Below, in pieces: positions 47,806 to 58,830 of a DNA stretch of 64,000 bases. The number at the start of each line of letters is the position of its first letter. The first letter of the stretch is position 1. This DNA comes from Candidatus Eiseniibacteriota bacterium (lineage in GTDB: Bacteria; Joyebacterota; Joyebacteria; Joyebacterales; Joyebacteraceae): the NCBI GenBank assembly GCA_030622115.1, contig JAUXGN010000012.1, forward strand, positions 1,493 to 65,492. Reading direction: 5' to 3'. A program made the translations under genes and the position numbers. The notes below the pieces were generated by a model. It worked only from the letters and a program-made list of their open reading frames with translations. It did not search any database and was not told the DNA's origin.

Positions 47806-48897
47806 CTAGTGCTCCGCCTTAATCCCAATACGCGCGCCGTCGCTCAACTGACTCAGTCCCAGCGTGACCAGCTTGTCCCCGGACTCCAGTCCGGCGAGCA
47901 CAACCACGCGAGCACCCACGACGCGCCCCAATGATATCTTCCTCCGGACGGCTGTTGAATCCACGGCCACAAAGACGGCGGATTCGCCGTACCGGTCGAG
48001 CACCCAATCGCGCTCGATCACGATGACGTCGCGCAGCACGTGAGCCGCGATGCCGACATCCGCAATCATCCCGGCGCGAAGAGCGCCGTCTCGATTTCTG
48101 ATGGTGACTCTCACGGGGTAAGTCTTCGTAAGATCGTCGGCGCGGGGCCCCACGTACTCCACTCTTCCTCTGAAGGTCTTCCCAGGTAGCGGCCGAACCT
48201 CGATCTCCGCTCCGGCTCCAGGCTTCACGTTGACAACATCCTCTTCACCGATTCCCAGGTCCACCTCGAGTTCGGCATCATTGACGACGTGGACGACAGG
48301 GGTACCGGGAGCCACCAGCTGTCCTTCCTCAACATGGACGAACGCGACCGTCCCAGCAATGGGTGAGGCCACAAGGGTATCCCTCAGCTGTCGCGAGGAG
48401 ATGGCAAGCGCCGCCTCCGCGGTCATGTGAACGCCGCGCGCCGCTATCGCTCTCGTCTCCGCCGCCTCGTGGTCCGCATCCGAGATATCCTTGTTCCTCC
48501 AGAGATAGCTCGCGCGCTTGAGCCCGGCCTCGGCATCTCTCAGATCCGCCTCAGCCATCAGCAGCTGAGCCTCGGCCTGCTTCACCGCCAGCGCCGGCAG
48601 CTCATCATCGAGCACAACAAGCACACCACCCATCTCCACATCGTCACCGACGACAGCGGGAATGCGGACAACACGACCCCCTACCTCAGCACTCACAAGC
48701 ACATCATCGTGTGCCGTGATCGTCCCGGTTCCGCGCACGAACGCCGTGATGCTACCGCGCTCCACGGCGGTCACCTCCACGGGAATCGGCGCCGGACGCC
48801 GAAGCCCGTCAGAGCCTTCACCTCGACGACCGCACCCGACGATCATCAGCGCGATCATCAGTGCGATCACAGGAACACCTGCCATGAGTCTCTTCAT
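47806..48897 (-). CDS. RND periplasmic adaptor (membrane fusion protein), lipoprotein
   Basis: Lipobox IVGC; lipoyl halves (VSAEVGGRV, SPIAGTV), alpha hairpin, LRAGM. Confidence 0.93.
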   Translation of the reverse strand: MKRLMAGVPVIALMIALMIVGCGRRGEGSDGLRRPAPIPVEVTAVERGSITAFVRGTGTITAHDDVLVSAEVGGRVVRIPAVVGDDVEMGGVLVVLDDELPALAVKQAEAQLLMAEADLRDAEAGLKRASYLWRNKDISDADHEAAETRAIAARGVHMTAEAALAISSRQLRDTLVASPIAGTVAFVHVEEGQLVAPGTPVVHVVNDAELEVDLGIGEEDVVNVKPGAGAEIEVRPLPGKTFRGRVEYVGPRADDLTKTYPVRVTIRNRDGALRAGMIADVGIAAHVLRDVIVIERDWVLDRYGESAVFVAVDSTAVRRKISLGRVVGARVVVLAGLESGDKLVTLGLSQLSDGARIGIKAEH

Positions 48898-50276
48898 TGT
48901 GTCCTCTCTACTGCGGGCGACCTGCCCACAAGCTGCTCCAGCTCCGCGAGGCTGATAAAACAGTCGTAGAGCGCGTTGATATACCCGACCCTGCTTCTGT
49001 CGTACGCAACCCGGGCATCGATGAGATCGGAGTCTGCGATCATCCCCTGATCGAACATGTTCTTCATGCTGCTGAAGTGCTGATCCGCCTGTTCGACGAA
49101 TCGTTCGGCGGCATCCAGACCTCTGAGCCGCGACTCGAGCGTTGCCGCAGCGGCGCGCAGACCGACGATCATCTGACGTTCAGCATCTTCCTTCATTCTG
49201 ACGGCGGCGAGGTACGAGCGTCGACTCACCTGATAGTCCGAGAGGTTCTTGAAGCTCGTGAAGACAGGGATCTCCAGGAACACCGTCATCGACCAAGCCA
49301 CCTCGTCGTCCGGCTTGATGTCGCCGTCGGCCTTCCAACCGTATGAACCCTGTGCATTCAGCGATGGAAGAAAAGCCCCGCGCGCGATAGCAACGCCGCT
49401 GGCTCCGATTCTGGCGGCGTCCCCCGGAGCGAGGAAATCGGGGTTGGACGCCAGGAGCCTCCGCGCCTCATCTTCGCTCACCAGGTCATCACCCATGAGA
49501 CCGACAAAATCGCCGGTGCGCGCCCTGAGTTCGAGTCTTGAAACGTCCTGCGGTTCAAGATCCGCATCGAGCGGTAGCCCCAGAACGTTGGCCAATTGCA
49601 TGCGAGCGAGCACATGAGAGTTTTCCGCATCGACGAGGAGCATCTTGTCCTCGGCAAGCTGAGCTTCCCAGCGCAGCAGTTCGAATCTGCCTGAGATGCC
49701 GACATCGACCTCCCGCGCGGCCGCCCCAACTCTCTTCTCCGAAGCGGACGCGGCGTCACGCGCGACTCCCTGGAGCGCCTTCGCCCGGAGCACATTCAGG
49801 TAGGACTCCTTCGCCACAACCTCGATCGCGCGCACCTTGGACTCAAACGAGTGAAGAGCCGCGTCCCGGGCAGCGCCGGCAAGTCCGACACCTCCCCACA
49901 GCCTCCCCCCGTTGAACACCGGAACCGATGCGCTGAAACCAGTTTCGTAGGTCGTCTCGTACATGAACGGTTCGACCTCGATACCCATCCCCTCCAGGAA
50001 ATCAAGAGACGCGTTCGCGCGCGCATAGGTGTCAGGGTCGACGCGACGCGCCGAGGAGCCAAAACTGACTGAGGGAAGAAGAGACGCCCAGGCGCTCCTG
50101 ACTCCCCAGAGAGCGGCCTGATGGTCTTCGGAGGCCGCCCTGACGCTGAGGTTGTTCTGCCTGGCCAGTTCGACCGCCTGCCGCATCGTGATCGGCTCGG
50201 CTGCAACGTGGCTCTGCGGCAGGATCAGCATGAGAGCAAGCACGATCGCGCGAGCGAGCGATTGTGGTTTCATCAT
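48894..50276 (-). CDS. TolC-family outer membrane efflux protein
   Basis: Signal peptide; two OEP repeats (LLPSVS...PVFNGG; FLPSLN...PVF); start ATG 50276 chosen. Confidence 0.9.
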   Translation of the reverse strand: MMKPQSLARAIVLALMLILPQSHVAAEPITMRQAVELARQNNLSVRAASEDHQAALWGVRSAWASLLPSVSFGSSARRVDPDTYARANASLDFLEGMGIEVEPFMYETTYETGFSASVPVFNGGRLWGGVGLAGAARDAALHSFESKVRAIEVVAKESYLNVLRAKALQGVARDAASASEKRVGAAAREVDVGISGRFELLRWEAQLAEDKMLLVDAENSHVLARMQLANVLGLPLDADLEPQDVSRLELRARTGDFVGLMGDDLVSEDEARRLLASNPDFLAPGDAARIGASGVAIARGAFLPSLNAQGSYGWKADGDIKPDDEVAWSMTVFLEIPVFTSFKNLSDYQVSRRSYLAAVRMKEDAERQMIVGLRAAAATLESRLRGLDAAERFVEQADQHFSSMKNMFDQGMIADSDLIDARVAYDRSRVGYINALYDCFISLAELEQLVGRSPAVERTQ

Positions 50277-50356
50277 CCGTGTGCTCTCCCTGAAGGGCAA
50301 GTCTGATGCACGATTTCGCTTTAGTATGCGACTATACAACAGTGCCCTCCCCCGCG

Positions 50357-52609
50357 CTACAGCGTGAATAGATAGGAGGTCTTGATGGTGAGAACGGGGT
50401 CGATGAACTCCGCTCCGCCACCGTCATCGATGAGCGCCTGATCGTACGCGACATAGAACATGCTGCCGGGACTGAACTCCCACCCATAGAGAAGGCTCAG
50501 ATCGTATCGACTGTACGTGCCGTCCTCTCCCTCGTGCTCTTCTCTGAACTGCGTGCCCTGCACTATGTTGCGCAGGAACATCGTCGAGGAGAGGCGATAG
50601 TTGGTCCTCAGGTCGCCGACCCACCAATCCACATCCCGATGCTCACGCAGGAAGACGGCTCTGACATTGAATGCCATCGTCAGAGGTTCAATGGGCTGCA
50701 GCCGCCCACCCAACCTCCCGCGCGTGATCCGCGAGTCGTGGTAGTCACCAAGTTCCACGGAGGCAACGTAGCCCGTCCAAGCTACGCTGTTCGTGACAAC
50801 GTAGAGGCTACCTGTCATCCTGTCCGGATTGTCCGCGAAGTTGAGGGCGTCGTACCCGCGGCAGGCCTCGATTCCTACGAGGGTGTCATCGTTGAACCTG
50901 ACGGCAAATTCCCCACCACCCCAGTACTCGACGACTTCACCATCCAGATCCTCGTACAGCCCGGTCCAGCAACTCGTGTCGAAGTGAGCAACAAGCGCGC
51001 CGTCACGCTCGTGACGTTTCCAGAAGTAACCGTTAAAGCCGACGCGGTTCCGCCAGGTCGGCAGGATGAACCCGATCCCCGGACTGAACTCCTCTCCTAT
51101 GTACTCGATCTCCCCTCCGCTGCTCATATCCGGCGAACTGTACGACCAAGTCAGCGAGTACGCATCGTCATCGGATGTATCATCGGAGTTCGAGGTTCTG
51201 GCCGCAAGCCCGGTCAGACGCAGGTTGTCGAATACGTCGACGCCTCCGGTCAGCGCCCCGACGCGGCTGTAGGTCTCGTCACCCTCCCTGACTCCCACGT
51301 AGGCGCCGATCGTGGCATTCTCCATCACGTCCTGTCTGTAGATCATGGCGCCGTAGTTACTCATCTCCGCGGAAAGAGGCTGCCCCAGTGTGTCCATGAG
51401 CGCGCCTCCGTAGTCGTCACGTGGAAGGTCCTCGGACCTGACGTACAGAACAGCGTAGCTCGCTCCTCTTGACTTCCCGGTGATCTTCCCACCGAAGACG
51501 ATGTCCTCCATCCTCCGCGTGTAGAGAAGCGGCAACGGCATCCTGAAGATGTCCGCGTTCTCAGAGAAGAACGGACGCCTCTCGTCGAGAAAGAGCTCGT
51601 TTCCGGTCAGGTTGATCTCGTTCTCGTCCGCCTCAATCTGGGCGAAGTCCGGGTTCAGGGTGAAGCTCACTGTCGTGGTGGAGACCGGAGCGAATTCGAT
51701 GTCGAGTCCCACATCAGGATGAACGTCCCAGTCCGAATCGCCCGGCTCCAGCGGATAGTCGTACATGTTCGACGTGTCGTACTTCATGAGAACGAATGGA
51801 AGCACGTCGATGCCGCGAGACACTTCGATATCAGAGAGCCCCACGAGGCGACCGTAGTCCGAGGGGTCAAGACTGCCGCCGTCACGATTCGACCAGCTCG
51901 ACACCTCCCGGTGAGGTCGCTCTGAGCGCCAGAAATCGATACCCCAGGTCGTCTCCCCGGCGCCGGCGTGTCTGAGCGCACTGAACGGGATCGCAAGCTC
52001 TGCGGTCCAACGATCCTCCGACCGACTCGTCGCAACGCTCCATACGGCATCCCATCCCTCATCGACTGAGCGACCGCACTCGCTGACGTGGAGGTCCATC
52101 TTGGTCCCCAGAGCATTGCAGAAGAAGGCGTAGCTGCTCCGACCGTCAAGAAACGTGTCGAAGGCAATGGCCACCAGGTCATCCTCCTCCAGTTCCTGTG
52201 CGTCCCGCACTGCGACCGCCGCTGAGAGCGCATCCATCCGGTCCTCGAGACACTCGAAGGCGATGTAGATGTGCGTGCCGTCGTGGCAGATGCGGACGAT
52301 CGTCTGTTGGCTCGGTACATCACCGTCGCCGGTCCGGATCATGAAGTTCGTGGACGGCACGGCTGTGTCCCAGCAGGAGTCATCCAATCGACCGTCGATG
52401 ACCGGCGGATCATCGGTTCGGCGCGTCACTGCCTCGCGCGCCGATGCGCGAACAGACCCGTTCTCGCGCACGGATGCCTCCTGCGCCGACAGCACTGCCG
52501 GCAGGGCAAGCGTGAGCAGCACCAACGCGGCAATGCGTAGAAGCCCGGTCGCCGTCCAGTGCGCGGGCAGACCTGTCTTCGCGCACCTATGCGCGAACAG
52601 ACTCATCAT
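50357..52609 (-). CDS. CBM9-like / DUF5916 outer membrane protein
   Basis: PVIDGRLDD..W; WTAELAIPFSAL; TLNPDFAQIEAD; ERRPFFSEN; beta-barrel-like C-terminus. Start uncertain. Confidence 0.8.
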   Translation of the reverse strand: MMSLFAHRCAKTGLPAHWTATGLLRIAALVLLTLALPAVLSAQEASVRENGSVRASAREAVTRRTDDPPVIDGRLDDSCWDTAVPSTNFMIRTGDGDVPSQQTIVRICHDGTHIYIAFECLEDRMDALSAAVAVRDAQELEEDDLVAIAFDTFLDGRSSYAFFCNALGTKMDLHVSECGRSVDEGWDAVWSVATSRSEDRWTAELAIPFSALRHAGAGETTWGIDFWRSERPHREVSSWSNRDGGSLDPSDYGRLVGLSDIEVSRGIDVLPFVLMKYDTSNMYDYPLEPGDSDWDVHPDVGLDIEFAPVSTTTVSFTLNPDFAQIEADENEINLTGNELFLDERRPFFSENADIFRMPLPLLYTRRMEDIVFGGKITGKSRGASYAVLYVRSEDLPRDDYGGALMDTLGQPLSAEMSNYGAMIYRQDVMENATIGAYVGVREGDETYSRVGALTGGVDVFDNLRLTGLAARTSNSDDTSDDDAYSLTWSYSSPDMSSGGEIEYIGEEFSPGIGFILPTWRNRVGFNGYFWKRHERDGALVAHFDTSCWTGLYEDLDGEVVEYWGGGEFAVRFNDDTLVGIEACRGYDALNFADNPDRMTGSLYVVTNSVAWTGYVASVELGDYHDSRITRGRLGGRLQPIEPLTMAFNVRAVFLREHRDVDWWVGDLRTNYRLSSTMFLRNIVQGTQFREEHEGEDGTYSRYDLSLLYGWEFSPGSMFYVAYDQALIDDGGGAEFIDPVLTIKTSYLFTL

Positions 52610-52632
52610 CGCGCACCGACGCATATGGCTGT

Positions 52633-53448
52633 TCAAGGTCGTCCTCCTGCACCCACCAGGTTCGTCATCTGTGTATGTATGAGACCGTTGCTGGCAACGA
52701 TGTCGCCGACCGAATGATCCCATCCTTCACCGGAAAAATTGCTGACGGTCCCACCCGCCTCTCTCACGATGATCCCTGCGGCAGCCACGTCCCATATGTT
52801 GAGGTTCAACTCCCAGAACCCATCCAGGCGTCCGCATGCAACGTAGACGAGATCCAACACTGCGGAACCTCCCCGCCTGATCCCCCTCACGGACAGGATG
52901 AATCTGTTCAGGTTCATCAGGTTGTTCTCGCTCCCCTCCGTGCGATTGTACGGGAACCCGGTCGCCACGATCGAATCACCCAGGGACTCGGCGCTCGAAA
53001 CGTGGATCGGTTCTCCATTGAGCTGGGCCCCTCGCCCGCGTTCCGCGACAAAGAGCTCATCCCTCAGCGGATCGTACGCAACTCCCGCAACCAGTTCTCC
53101 GCCCTCTTCGATGGCAATGGCGACACAGAAGAAAGGATATCCGTGCGCATAGTTGTTCGTTCCGTCAAGCGGATCGATGATCCAGGCTCGCCCCGTGCTC
53201 TCCCCTGTCCCCTCGCCCGGAGCAACCGGCGCTGACTCCTCGGCCACGATCCTGTCTCCGGGGTAGCGACGTTTGATCGTCTGGATGATCAGCGCCTCTG
53301 ACTCGCGGTCGATCGACGTAACAAGATCGCGTTTTCCCTTCATGCTGATATCGAACGGCCGTGATACTCCGTTCCTGATGATCTTCCCTGCCTCTTGCGC
53401 GGCCCGCACGGCAAGAGCTGTGGTCTCTTCTCTGATCACACCCGTCAC
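52633..53448 (-). CDS. suhB: inositol monophosphatase family protein (SuhB)
   Basis: DLVT..D, EE, WIIDPLDGT.N, GSA.LD, WDVAAA; start GTG 53448 or 53439. Confidence 0.9.
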   Translation of the reverse strand: MTGVIREETTALAVRAAQEAGKIIRNGVSRPFDISMKGKRDLVTSIDRESEALIIQTIKRRYPGDRIVAEESAPVAPGEGTGESTGRAWIIDPLDGTNNYAHGYPFFCVAIAIEEGGELVAGVAYDPLRDELFVAERGRGAQLNGEPIHVSSAESLGDSIVATGFPYNRTEGSENNLMNLNRFILSVRGIRRGGSAVLDLVYVACGRLDGFWELNLNIWDVAAAGIIVREAGGTVSNFSGEGWDHSVGDIVASNGLIHTQMTNLVGAGGRP

Positions 53449-53816
53449 GCTCCCCTCTCCAACCACGGCTACCACATGCGATGCGCCGAGCCGGGGCTTT
53501 CCCAACCGCCGGCACGGCGTTGCCTTCATTGTACTCGAATATCCAACCACACACCGGCCCGGCAATCAACGAGGAATGAGGCGTTCTCAGCACGGCAATT
53601 CTGTTGCGTCGGGCGGCACACAACCGCGCCTCAAATGCTCGGCCTCCTTGACCGTGGACAACGACACGGGCTATAGTTGTGTCCAAGCTTCCGAAACATC
53701 AAACGGACCACCGTGCATCGGCGCCCCCAAGACGCCCCTGCAATCGGCGGTTCCTGACACAGACGGGCCAGACGGATGCGCCGGAGGGTCCGAACCACTG
53801 CGAAAAGGAGTGTTGG

Positions 53817-56417
53817 ATGAAGTCCATCTTGAAGACCCTTGCGGTTGTCACCGCCCTGCTTCTTCTGGTCACCGTGGCGGCCGGAGCCGGCGAGACGATC
53901 AGGCGCGTTCTCCCTGAGAACGGCATGACGGTCATCCTGCAGGAGAATCACTCGTCACCGGTCATCAACATGCGGTTCTACGTGAAGGCCGGGAGCATCT
54001 ACGAGGGCGAGTATCTTGGAGCCGGCATCTCCCACTACTGTGAGCATATTCTGAGCGACGGCACGACGACCCGTACGCTCGAAGAGATCGAGAGAGAGAT
54101 CGAGGCGATAGGAGGCGGGTACAACGCCTATACCACCAAGGATCACACCTGCTACTTCATCGAAACGTCAAGCGAGCACTTCGACAAGGCCCTCGAACTC
54201 CTGTCCGACCAGGCCATGAACGCCTGCCTGCCACAGGAGCAGGTTGACGCGCAGCACGGCGTCATAACGCGCGAGATCAACATGGGCTACGATGAGCCTG
54301 GGCGGCGGATCTACGCGCTTTTCGGGGAGACCATGTTCTCGCGACACCCCGCCAAGTTTCCGGTGATCGGGTACATCGAGAATTTCCTCAGGCTGACAAG
54401 GGACGATCTCGCCGGCTATATCGACAAGATGTACGTTCCAAACAACATCGTTTTCGTTGTCGCCGGTGACTTCGACGCCGAGGAAGCCTACGCAAAGATC
54501 CGCGAAGCATTCATCGAGTTTGAGCGGCGCCCTCTGGAGATCCCTACGCTGACCGCCGAGCCTCCACAGCTTGGACGCCGCACTCTCAGGGCTGAGCGCG
54601 ACCTGGACATGGCATATGTCATGATGGGCTTCCACACTGTTGCGCTGTCTGACCCCGATCTCTACCCGCTGGATGTTCTGTCGTACATCATGTCCGCAGG
54701 TGAGAGTTCCAGGCTTCACAGGAAGCTCGTGGAGGAGCTTGGCCTCGCCTATAACGTGACGAGTTGGTCCAGCACTCCGTCGTACGGAGCCGGAACGTTC
54801 GTCGTCTCGATGACGATGGATCCAGCGAACATCGATGCAGCCGTGGACGCGGTCCTCGATGAGCTTTATCTCGTTACCAAGAGAAGTGTATCGAAATCGG
54901 AGCTTGCCAAGGCCAAGAGACTCAAGGCCGCCGAATTCCATCTGGGGCGGCAGGATATGGAGAGCATCGCCTCAAGTCTCGGTACTTCGGAGCTCTCGAC
55001 AGGCAATCCCGATTTCGACGCGCTCTATGTCTCTCACATACAGGACGTGACCGCTCAGGAGATCCGCGAGGCGGCCGCAAGATACTTCTATGACGACAAC
55101 CTCGGCGTAGCCATCCTCGAGCCCATCGTGGAGGAAGCGACCGCAACACTGACCAGCTCGGTCGAGGTCGAGGTCGGCGAGATCGAGAGGCACGTCCTGG
55201 ATAACGGTCTCACCGTTCTCATCAAGGAGAACCGCACTAGCCCGATAGTGACGGTCGGAAGCTACTCGTTCGGCGGCACCCGTTTCGAAAGCACGGACAG
55301 GAGCGGACTCGGCAATTTCGTGGCGCAGATGATGCCCCGTGGCACGAAGAAGAGAAGCGGCTCTCGCATATCGGAGGCATTCGATTCGATGGGCGCCGTC
55401 TACTACACATCAGGCAATCACACAAGAATACAGTCAGAGCTGACGTTGCTCTCCGACGATTTCTCAGATGGCCTCGAGATCTTTGCGGACATCCTGGTGA
55501 ATCCGGAGTTCGATTCTGTGCAGGTCGAGAAGGAACGCGAGCTTGTTCAGGCTGCCGTTCTCGCCCGCCGGGACAATTGGACGGCGGATGCGCTCGACAG
55601 AATGCGACTGGAGCTTCTGGGAGATCATCCCTACGCGATGCCGTCGGTTGGAACGGAGGAGACGATCGCCGCCATCACGCGCGAGGACATTGTTCTTCAC
55701 CACGCGATGTATGTGGCTCCGGACAACACGGTACTCACGGTCTTTGGTGACGTGGATCCGGACGAGGCGCTCGCGCTGGTCGAGAAGGCATTCCGCAAGT
55801 GGGAACCGTCAGGCGTGGTGCTGCCCGAATCGGTGCCTGCTCCTGAGAGGACTGAGCCCGCGACGTTCACCAGCTACCACAGTAGAGCTCAGACTGTCAT
55901 AGCTATCGGCTACGATGGAATGCCCTACGAATCAGAGGATCGCTACGCGACTGACGTACTCGACGCCGTCATATCCGGTATCTACTACCCGGGCGGTCGG
56001 CTGCACGCCGATCTGCGCGGGCAGGGTCTTGTCTACGTGGTACATGCATTCAACTGGACCGGCTACGATATCGGCTACTTCGCGATCTACGCGGCCACAT
56101 TCGATGAGGCCCTCGATCAGGCGATGGGCATCATCGAAGGGCACATGGGACGGATCACAGAAGAACTCGTGACCGAAGAGGAGCTTGAGCTGGCGAAGCA
56201 GCTCTGCATCATCATGGACCAGACATCGAACCAGACCAACTCCAGCCAGGCGACCGATGCCGCGATTGCGGAACTCTACGGCCTCGGATACGACCACACG
56301 GAAGACTACGATGAGAGGATCAGGGAGATAACCCGGGAGGATGTTCTCCGAGTTGCCGGCAAGTACCTGAGGAACCCGGTTACGATGCTCAGGCGACCGG
56401 AGCCGGAAGAGGGCTAG
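53817..56417 (+). CDS. exported M16B zinc metallopeptidase (pitrilysin family)
   Basis: Signal peptide; inverted zinc motif HYCEH, NAYT, downstream E; second half lacks HxxEH; ATG after AAGGAG. Confidence 0.92.
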   Translation: MKSILKTLAVVTALLLLVTVAAGAGETIRRVLPENGMTVILQENHSSPVINMRFYVKAGSIYEGEYLGAGISHYCEHILSDGTTTRTLEEIEREIEAIGGGYNAYTTKDHTCYFIETSSEHFDKALELLSDQAMNACLPQEQVDAQHGVITREINMGYDEPGRRIYALFGETMFSRHPAKFPVIGYIENFLRLTRDDLAGYIDKMYVPNNIVFVVAGDFDAEEAYAKIREAFIEFERRPLEIPTLTAEPPQLGRRTLRAERDLDMAYVMMGFHTVALSDPDLYPLDVLSYIMSAGESSRLHRKLVEELGLAYNVTSWSSTPSYGAGTFVVSMTMDPANIDAAVDAVLDELYLVTKRSVSKSELAKAKRLKAAEFHLGRQDMESIASSLGTSELSTGNPDFDALYVSHIQDVTAQEIREAAARYFYDDNLGVAILEPIVEEATATLTSSVEVEVGEIERHVLDNGLTVLIKENRTSPIVTVGSYSFGGTRFESTDRSGLGNFVAQMMPRGTKKRSGSRISEAFDSMGAVYYTSGNHTRIQSELTLLSDDFSDGLEIFADILVNPEFDSVQVEKERELVQAAVLARRDNWTADALDRMRLELLGDHPYAMPSVGTEETIAAITREDIVLHHAMYVAPDNTVLTVFGDVDPDEALALVEKAFRKWEPSGVVLPESVPAPERTEPATFTSYHSRAQTVIAIGYDGMPYESEDRYATDVLDAVISGIYYPGGRLHADLRGQGLVYVVHAFNWTGYDIGYFAIYAATFDEALDQAMGIIEGHMGRITEELVTEEELELAKQLCIIMDQTSNQTNSSQATDAAIAELYGLGYDHTEDYDERIREITREDVLRVAGKYLRNPVTMLRRPEPEEG

Positions 56418-56469
56418 CTGGACGAGAATCGAGGATCATACACGAGCCGGCGCGGGGGCAGCGTGAGTA

Positions 56470-57051
56470 TCAGCCCTCCGCCGGCTCCGTCACGTTTCTT
56501 CTCTCCCACCTGCGGCGCACAGCGACAACGATCCAGATGGCTGCTCGGCCGCAGGCCACTCCCAGGATTGCCCCGGCCAGAACATCCAGGGGGTAGTGCA
56601 CACCGACGTAGACCCTCGAATAGGCCACGAGGATTGCGAACGCAATGAAGATGATCGCAAGGCGCGGCCAGCGCCACGCCAGCACCGTCGCCATCCCGAA
56701 TGAGTTGGTCGCGTGGGACGATGGAAAGGAGAACGCCCCGGATCTTCTGACGAGAAGCCGCATCTCCTCAAGAGGAAGAGCGTTGCAGGGTCGCACCCTT
56801 CGCACGAGCGGTTTGAGCAGGGCGCTCGACAGTTGGTCCGACAGCGCTACTGCGATGATGAGCATGACGGCCGCCATCCTGCCGCGCCGCCCACCCCAGA
56901 TCAGAAGCGCGATCCACAGGCCTCCTAGCGCCGGATACCAGTTCTCCTGCCTCGTGACGGCGGGCATGATCGCATCCAGAATGGGACAATAGGCAATCCC
57001 ATTCAGGAACGCGAAGAGGCTCTGGTCAATGGCGATCACTTGATCGATCAC
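56470..57051 (-). CDS. PAP2-family lipid phosphatase (undecaprenyl-PP phosphatase-like)
   Basis: K.....R.RP, SFPSSH, SRVYVGVHYP.D. Confidence 0.92.
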   Translation of the reverse strand: MIDQVIAIDQSLFAFLNGIAYCPILDAIMPAVTRQENWYPALGGLWIALLIWGGRRGRMAAVMLIIAVALSDQLSSALLKPLVRRVRPCNALPLEEMRLLVRRSGAFSFPSSHATNSFGMATVLAWRWPRLAIIFIAFAILVAYSRVYVGVHYPLDVLAGAILGVACGRAAIWIVVAVRRRWERRNVTEPAEG

Positions 57052-58775
57052 GGAGAATCTCCAGCCTGTTCATCCAAGCCGTTCCGAAGCCGCGCGGCGC
57101 GCTCATCCTCCTGCTTCGCCTCGATCTCGTCCTCGCTGAGATGAGGAGCATCCCAATGCAATCGGTAGACGACCATCTCAGGCCCCCCGCAGACGATGTT
57201 GTCCTCAAGAACGACTCGGTACACAGGCTCGAATACGGCCTCTCCCCTCACCATCTCCGGATACCAATTCGGAAAGAGAGCTGCGTAGTCCGGTCTCCTC
57301 TCCTTGAGGAACGAGAACACGGCCGACTCCCGGCTGACTCCCGGCTTCATGTATGCCAACACCTCAGGTGAAACAAGCCCGCACGTATCCAGAACCTCGC
57401 GCTGAGAAAAATATGTGATCGCGCCGATGTCGTTCGTGGCCAGTGTCGCATCCGCGGGCAAGCTGAGATCGATCCACCGCCCCAGGGCGACTTGCATTTC
57501 CTCGATATTCGCGACTTCTCTGCCGTAGATGCGGCCGCGGTACCAGCCGTTTCTGACCTGAGCGGACAGCGCTATCACCATGAGGCCCCATATGAGCGCG
57601 CGCTCAAGTGCGATCCGCGCCGGCTGACCCATGAACTTCGCCTCTCCAAGAACGCGCGACGCGTAGCTCGCCGCTCCATACATTCCGATCGTCCCCATGA
57701 TCAGCATGAACGGCGCAACCGGAGTAATGTATCGTCCTCCCTGGTAACCAGCGGTCCCAAATGGAACGAACACTCCGATCGCGAGCGGAAACAGTAGAAC
57801 CGAAAGCGGGATGATGAAAGAGCGGTACTTGCTTCCCTCCACGAACGGAAGCAGGAACACCATGCGAAGAGCTCCCAGACCCGCGAACACGAAAAGGAGC
57901 GGGTTGTTGTCCAAGCTCTCGTGCATGAAGGAGAGGAAGTAGTCGAACGGCCTCACAGTAAGGGAACGTAGGAACTCGACCCCACTGTGACTGGCGAACG
58001 CGGCTATCATGCCTGCGTTCCACTGAAGGGCCTTCGCATACGCCGTGTTCGGCAGAAAGCCTATTCCGAACCTCTTGCTGAACAGCAGGAACGGAGACAC
58101 GATGAGCAGGAAAAGGACGATATGGATGGCCGTCGGCAGTAGCCAATTGCGTGCGGCCAGCTCCCTCCATCTGATTAGCTTGCTGGAGAGGATCCTGTCG
58201 AGCATCGCAGCGACGAAGAAGACGGTACACTCCGGACGAGCGAGCGCAGCGAGCCCCAGCGCCACCGTCGATATGTACTGGCGTTTGTCACCGGGGGTCG
58301 AATACAGAACGTGCGCCATGATCCCCGCGAGGCTCAGAGTCACGGCCAGCGTGACCTCCATGCCTGAGAGCGAAGCCCAAGTGAGCCGTGACAGCGAAGC
58401 CAGGAGCACGGCGGCGAAAAGGGCCTCCCTCGAATCTCCCGAGATCGTCCTCACAAGCACGTAGACGAAGTAGACGGATAGTGAAAGGAAGAAAACGCCC
58501 ATAAGCTTGGCAGCGAACACGACGTCTCCCCCGATGAGATAGCCGGTCCCCATCACGAGCGTCCAGAGTGGAGCCGTGGAACCGGAAACCGGCACGCCGG
58601 GGTTGTACGAGAATCCGTTGCCAAGAACAAGATTGCGCGCGAACTGGGCGTGTATCCACGCATCATCGAGTGGGAAGCCGAACGCACCGGCGATCGTGTA
58701 CTCGCGCCACAGATAGTAACCCACGAAAACGAGCATGATCATGAGCGCAATGGTGATGTGTCTACGTGCTTCCAT
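57048..58775 (-). CDS. multi-pass membrane protein, GT-C-fold glycosyltransferase-like
   Basis: LDDAWIH..FARN loop after TM1, G.TAPLW, SGME, RPE, RY, DIGA...D..GL. Confidence 0.65.
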   Translation of the reverse strand: MEARRHITIALMIMLVFVGYYLWREYTIAGAFGFPLDDAWIHAQFARNLVLGNGFSYNPGVPVSGSTAPLWTLVMGTGYLIGGDVVFAAKLMGVFFLSLSVYFVYVLVRTISGDSREALFAAVLLASLSRLTWASLSGMEVTLAVTLSLAGIMAHVLYSTPGDKRQYISTVALGLAALARPECTVFFVAAMLDRILSSKLIRWRELAARNWLLPTAIHIVLFLLIVSPFLLFSKRFGIGFLPNTAYAKALQWNAGMIAAFASHSGVEFLRSLTVRPFDYFLSFMHESLDNNPLLFVFAGLGALRMVFLLPFVEGSKYRSFIIPLSVLLFPLAIGVFVPFGTAGYQGGRYITPVAPFMLIMGTIGMYGAASYASRVLGEAKFMGQPARIALERALIWGLMVIALSAQVRNGWYRGRIYGREVANIEEMQVALGRWIDLSLPADATLATNDIGAITYFSQREVLDTCGLVSPEVLAYMKPGVSRESAVFSFLKERRPDYAALFPNWYPEMVRGEAVFEPVYRVVLEDNIVCGGPEMVVYRLHWDAPHLSEDEIEAKQEDERAARLRNGLDEQAGDSP

Positions 58776-58830
58776 TCCCTGCCTGTTGTTCCTGGGCCTG
58801 AGGAAAGCGTTCCGGAGGATCGGACGTTAC

